Of a stretch of 64,000 nucleotides of DNA, positions 62,535 through 64,000 are shown one piece after another (the stretch's first letter is position 1; the number at the start of each line of letters is the position of its first letter). The stretch lies in NCBI GenBank assembly GCA_964016885.1, contig OZ024743.1, positions 109,926,001-109,990,000 of the forward strand, in the 5' to 3' direction. Source of the stretch: Eledone cirrhosa. Lineage: Eukaryota. Under the pieces are notes generated by a model. That model ran no database searches. It had not been told where the DNA came from and was given only the letters and a program-made list of their open reading frames with translations. Both the position numbers and the translations under genes were made by a program.

Positions 62535-62889
62535 GTGTGTATGCGCGCGCGTGTGTGTGTGTGTATGTGTGTATGTATGTGTGTGTGTGTGAGTGTGTGT
62601 GAGTGTGTGTGTGTGTTTTTTCTGTTTGTGTGTTGTGTGTATGTAAAACACGAATGCGAAAGCGACTTTAATTGGGAAAGAATTTTATAGAATGAGCGCA
62701 AATAAACTCTATCACCATTTCTTCCATTGAGAGATAGTTTGAAGCTGCTAAGTTAGTTGAGTACTGTAAAACAATGAATATAGTGAGGACATCGACAAAT
62801 TTTGAATTAATATACAAAAATGGAGATATTGTTCTAGTTACCGATCAAAATTATACTGAAAAAAAAAAAGGATGAGGAATATGATGCCA

Positions 62890-63360
62890 CTTTTACCTCC
62901 TTACGGACAACTGACGCTGCATATCAGGTCCGAACACAGAAGAACCGAACTCCCACTGACATCACCCCCATCTCTCTCACCCTCCCCATATCTCTGTAAT
63001 ATGAGCAAATGGGGTCCCACGTGCCGCCTCACGGCCCCGGTGGAAAGAATGGAGAAGGTGTTTCTCCGGAGGATGGTAAAGGAGATGCGCTGGAAGAAGC
63101 ATTCCATCTCGTGAGGTTCACACTTGCGGCTATCCAGCTCAGCACCTATGTCAGTATGTAGAAAGGTAGCCCTACGGTCAAGTATACCATAAGTCTCCAC
63201 TGCTAGGGACTCGGTTGCAAAGCTGTCAGAGAGCCTCCAATACTTGTGCAGCAGGACCTGGGTTAGTCTCAGACTGAACCATATTGCGGCTGGAGGATGT
63301 GTCGTTGCAAGTGGCATCCCAGACGAGGGGTTTACCACTGCGGAACTGGAAGATGGTCAT
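62890..63360 (-). mobile_element. CRE-like RLE non-LTR retrotransposon 3' fragment
   Basis: GKPLVWDATCNDT, KY..L...AVETYG, FQRIS..I.R.N..SIL. Confidence 0.8.
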
Positions 63361-63452
63361 AGAATAGGTGTCTCAAGTCGAAATCTATAATGTTTTGGAA
63401 CTTAGCGTATATATGAAGATAAAGATGCTAATGCTCATTAACGTGTTGATGG

Positions 63453-63483
<31 letters not shown>

Positions 63484-64000
63484 GGAGGATACTGATCTTG
63501 AATATTATAATGATGATGATCATGGTGTTGATGAAAAGCTTATTTTATAAAGGAAGAAATACGACTGACGTTTATTTTATAATGAGAATTGTCATTAATG
63601 CTTACAGGTTAAGATTTCCAAGAAAAATATCAGTTCTTTTGTACATCTACACCAAATCAAATTTGCATATATCATATTTAAATAAATGTGTATGGGCAGA
63701 CAATATAGTAATATTTAACAATCTTCATATCGTGACAGCATATCCATTCATACCTAACCATTTGTAATCACTAGAGTTGAATATCACATATGATATATGT
63801 TTTTAACATTGTTCACCGAAATCTGTTCCAATGTGAAAAGGCATTAAAATGATGAAACTATTATAGTGTAAAATAAAATTAAAAAATAAGTTTTCATTAT
63901 TTGCTGTGTTATAACCTATTTATTAAAATAGATGAAAATTGCAGAGACATGTTAACAGAATTCTGTTCCCCTTCTGAATTCCAGCGAATGTAATTTCTTT

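Noticed and set aside
63661-63668. Isolated octamers (also near 13628 and 52654)
   Set aside because: No linked HHR or repeat unit; a few are expected by chance in AT-rich DNA.

Overview
This is AT-rich, microsatellite-saturated animal DNA. It is probably from a coleoid cephalopod (octopus-like), inferred from the SINE and LINE repertoire. I cannot support any intact host gene. Nearly all listed ORFs are translations of (TA)n, (CA)n or (GA)n tracts. The real content is a patchwork of mobile elements, most sitting inside (TA)n tracts: Penelope-like elements (PLEs; one Neptune-type, several Naiad-type and one further GIY-YIG family), RTE, Tx1/L1, R4-like and CRE-like LINE fragments, three non-autonomous Helitrons and tRNA-derived SINEs. 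The hidden signal is RNA structure. Reading both strands by eye gives over 30 type I hammerhead ribozyme (HHR) motifs in about 15 sequence families. Three non-coding families form 321, ~364 and 467 bp tandem units with retrozyme architecture. Each places an octamer (ATGCAAAT) and a TATA-like box about 70-90 nt upstream of its ribozyme, suggesting self-promoting circular-RNA retroelements. One family has a compensated U3-A8 catalytic core. Many insertions are fold-back palindromes, several hinged at the ribozyme. A local duplication gives matched filled and empty (TA)n target sites. All ribozyme calls are manual pairings and untested.
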